Source of the DNA: a virus
Taxonomy: Duplodnaviria > Heunggongvirae > Uroviricota > Caudoviricetes
Virus record (IMG/VR): IMGVR_UViG_3300042922_000270
Length of the DNA stretch: 64,000 bases
Reading direction: 5' to 3' (one strand)
Part shown: positions 62,786-64,000 of the stretch, in pieces
Position numbering within the stretch: position 1 is the first letter of the stretch
Layout: every line of letters begins with the position of its first letter
Program-made: the position numbers and the translations under genes
Notes under the pieces: generated by a model
Database searches by the model: none
What the model was told of the DNA's origin: nothing
What the model saw: only the letters and a program-made list of their open reading frames with translations

Positions 62786-63114
62786 ACAGATATTATTGAG
62801 GCCTCTTCCTTGAGAGCCTCTCCTCTATCTCGTTGAGAAACAATCTCCTCATCACGGTACGCCCAGCAGGGTCCGAGAGGATCCTATTGACGATAGTACT
62901 GACAGAGAGATTGGTGAGGACACCCCTAAGAGCGGTTTCCTCATGTTGTTGCAGATTCACGAGACTACCTCCTTAAAGGATTTAATAAGGGAAACACAGA
63001 CCCAGTGTAAGTTTTGGAATCTCAGGCGGGTGCTGTGCCTGTGACAATCCTCATGCAGAATGATTATCCTTTCGTATTAGTAGAAATAGTGATAACAATC
63101 CTGCGTTTCCCTAG

Positions 63115-63187
63115 CTGCCCCCCTAGGACTTGAACCTAGATAGCCGGAGTCAGAGTCCGGTGCCTTAGCCAATTAGACGAAGGGGCA
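63115..63187 (-). tRNA. tRNA-Gln (CUG)
   Basis: U1:A72 acceptor UGCCCCU/GGGGGCA, D-stem GUCU/AGGC, anticodon stem CCGGA/UCCGG with loop CUCUGAC, T-loop UUCAAGU. Confidence 0.75.
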
Positions 63188-63194
63188 TTGATAT

Positions 63195-63323
63195 TTAGTT
63201 GTTGGAGATGGCTTGGAGGGCCAACTTGACCTCTTCTTTACCCCAGATGGTCTCAAGATGCTTGATGTCCACCGGGATGCCTCTTGCGAGGATCTGAACG
63301 AGGTTAGGAGAAACAACAGTCAT
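63195..63323 (-). CDS. small hypothetical protein (42 aa) between tRNAs
   Basis: Unlisted ORF MTVVSPNLVQILARGIPVDIKHLETIWGKEEVKLALQAISNN. Confidence 0.3.
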   Translation of the reverse strand: MTVVSPNLVQILARGIPVDIKHLETIWGKEEVKLALQAISNN

Positions 63324-63335
63324 TACTGTCCTTTC

Positions 63336-63434
63336 TTAGATATAAGGGTTACAGTCACACCGCCCGATGTGGTCTCTTTCCTTCTTACAGGTAGGACACA
63401 CTGGAGGATCTGCTCTGAATTCTCTTTTTAACAT
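63336..63434 (-). CDS. small Zn-ribbon protein (32 aa)
   Basis: Unlisted ORF MLKREFRADPPVCPTCKKERDHIGRCDCNPYI. Confidence 0.3.
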   Translation of the reverse strand: MLKREFRADPPVCPTCKKERDHIGRCDCNPYI

Positions 63435-63451
63435 GTTATACCTTTTATTAG

Positions 63452-63523
63452 CTCCGGCCCCTGGACTCGAACCAGGATCAGCTAGAGCCAAAATCTAGTG
63501 CCTTACCATTAGACCAAACCGGA
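63452..63523 (-). tRNA. tRNA-Gln (UUG)
   Basis: U1:A72 acceptor UCCGGUU/GGCCGGA, same D-arm as the CUG isoacceptor, anticodon stem CUAGA/UCUAG with loop UUUUGGC, T-loop UUCGAGU. Confidence 0.7.
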
Positions 63524-63530
63524 ATAGTTA

Positions 63531-63920
63531 TTATAGCTGGGTTCCACAATACTTGCAGATACCTTCACCATTGTTTGTGTGCCAACCAAGGCCCTTACAG
63601 TTAGCTTCCTCACGACAGGGAGCCATCTCTTCAAAGGCTTCCATGTTGGCTTTCATGTTAGCCTCTTGTTGTTCTTTGGTGAGTCTGTTCCACATAGCTT
63701 CCTGCTCAGCAGAGAGCTGCTCGGATATAGGTCCCCAGAACTCTTGCATCTTGTCCAGGATCTCTTGCTGCTGTTTAGCTTCATAAGCATCCTGTTGGGG
63801 CTTTACACGTTCGTGGTAGACCTTTTTAAGGCGCTTAAGAGCTTCTCTAACCTTTTTGTTCTTCACAAGCATATCCTTTCTCTGAATAGTGCCCAAGGAG
63901 AGATTTGAACTCTCAACCAC
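63531..63920 (-). CDS. hypothetical protein with C-terminal Zn-ribbon
   Basis: 129 aa; Gln/Glu-rich helix then C..C ... C..C. Confidence 0.45.
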   Translation of the reverse strand: MVESSNLSLGTIQRKDMLVKNKKVREALKRLKKVYHERVKPQQDAYEAKQQQEILDKMQEFWGPISEQLSAEQEAMWNRLTKEQQEANMKANMEAFEEMAPCREEANCKGLGWHTNNGEGICKYCGTQL

Positions 63921-63961
63921 AGCTATCTCATAACTGCCGCACTGCCGTTAGCGTACTTGGG
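63889..63961 (-). tRNA. tRNA with anticodon GAG (Leu) but class-I architecture (short variable loop)
   Basis: Acceptor GCCCAAG/CUUGGGC perfect, T-arm GAGAG-UUCAAAU-CUCUC, anticodon stem CAGUU/AGCUG with loop AUGAGAU. Confidence 0.5.
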
Positions 63962-64000
63962 CGGAGTAGAGGAGCCTTAGGGCTCCCCGTCCAGACCTTA

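Overview
This 64 kb window looks like part of a large virulent dsDNA phage genome (roughly 44% GC with GC-richer islands). Essentially every supported gene is on the minus strand. Genes are tightly packed and very often translationally coupled through ATGA/TAATG stop-start overlaps. Recognisable modules are: (i) replication and nucleotide metabolism (SNF2-like helicase, family-A DNA polymerase with 3'-5' exonuclease, Fe-S UDG-like, ThyA, DHFR, Tmk, dCMP deaminase, HNH endonuclease); (ii) a translation and RNA-repair module around an array of about 16 tRNA genes (CCA-adding enzyme, a phage-encoded EF-Ts, Pnkp-like kinase-phosphatase, RNA ligase, RNase H, DHH/NrnA-like and DEDDh exonucleases), including a predicted amber-suppressor tRNA(CUA) and two or three structurally atypical tRNA-like elements; (iii) a Ter-type cluster (two TerD, TerC, a TerY-like vWA protein, a phosphoribosyltransferase and a HAD hydrolase) with two ankyrin-repeat proteins; (iv) a MoxR-like AAA ATPase with a metallopeptidase-VWA partner, an SPFH/NfeD-like pair, and Macro and NADAR domain proteins that point to ADP-ribosylation reversal. 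The most striking feature is a massively expanded family of about 40 small (60-110 aa) paralogous proteins scattered through the whole window, often in tandem runs. They share an N-terminal GDLVxV (KOW/SH3-like) motif and a C-terminal E-L-x-hydrophobic-F-T-I motif whose stop codon overlaps the next gene's ATG. Several genes (MoxR ATPase, second TerD, TerY, SPFH and others) sit in markedly GC-richer DNA, which suggests separate horizontal acquisitions. All function calls come from motif-level reading of the translations; no database search was run.
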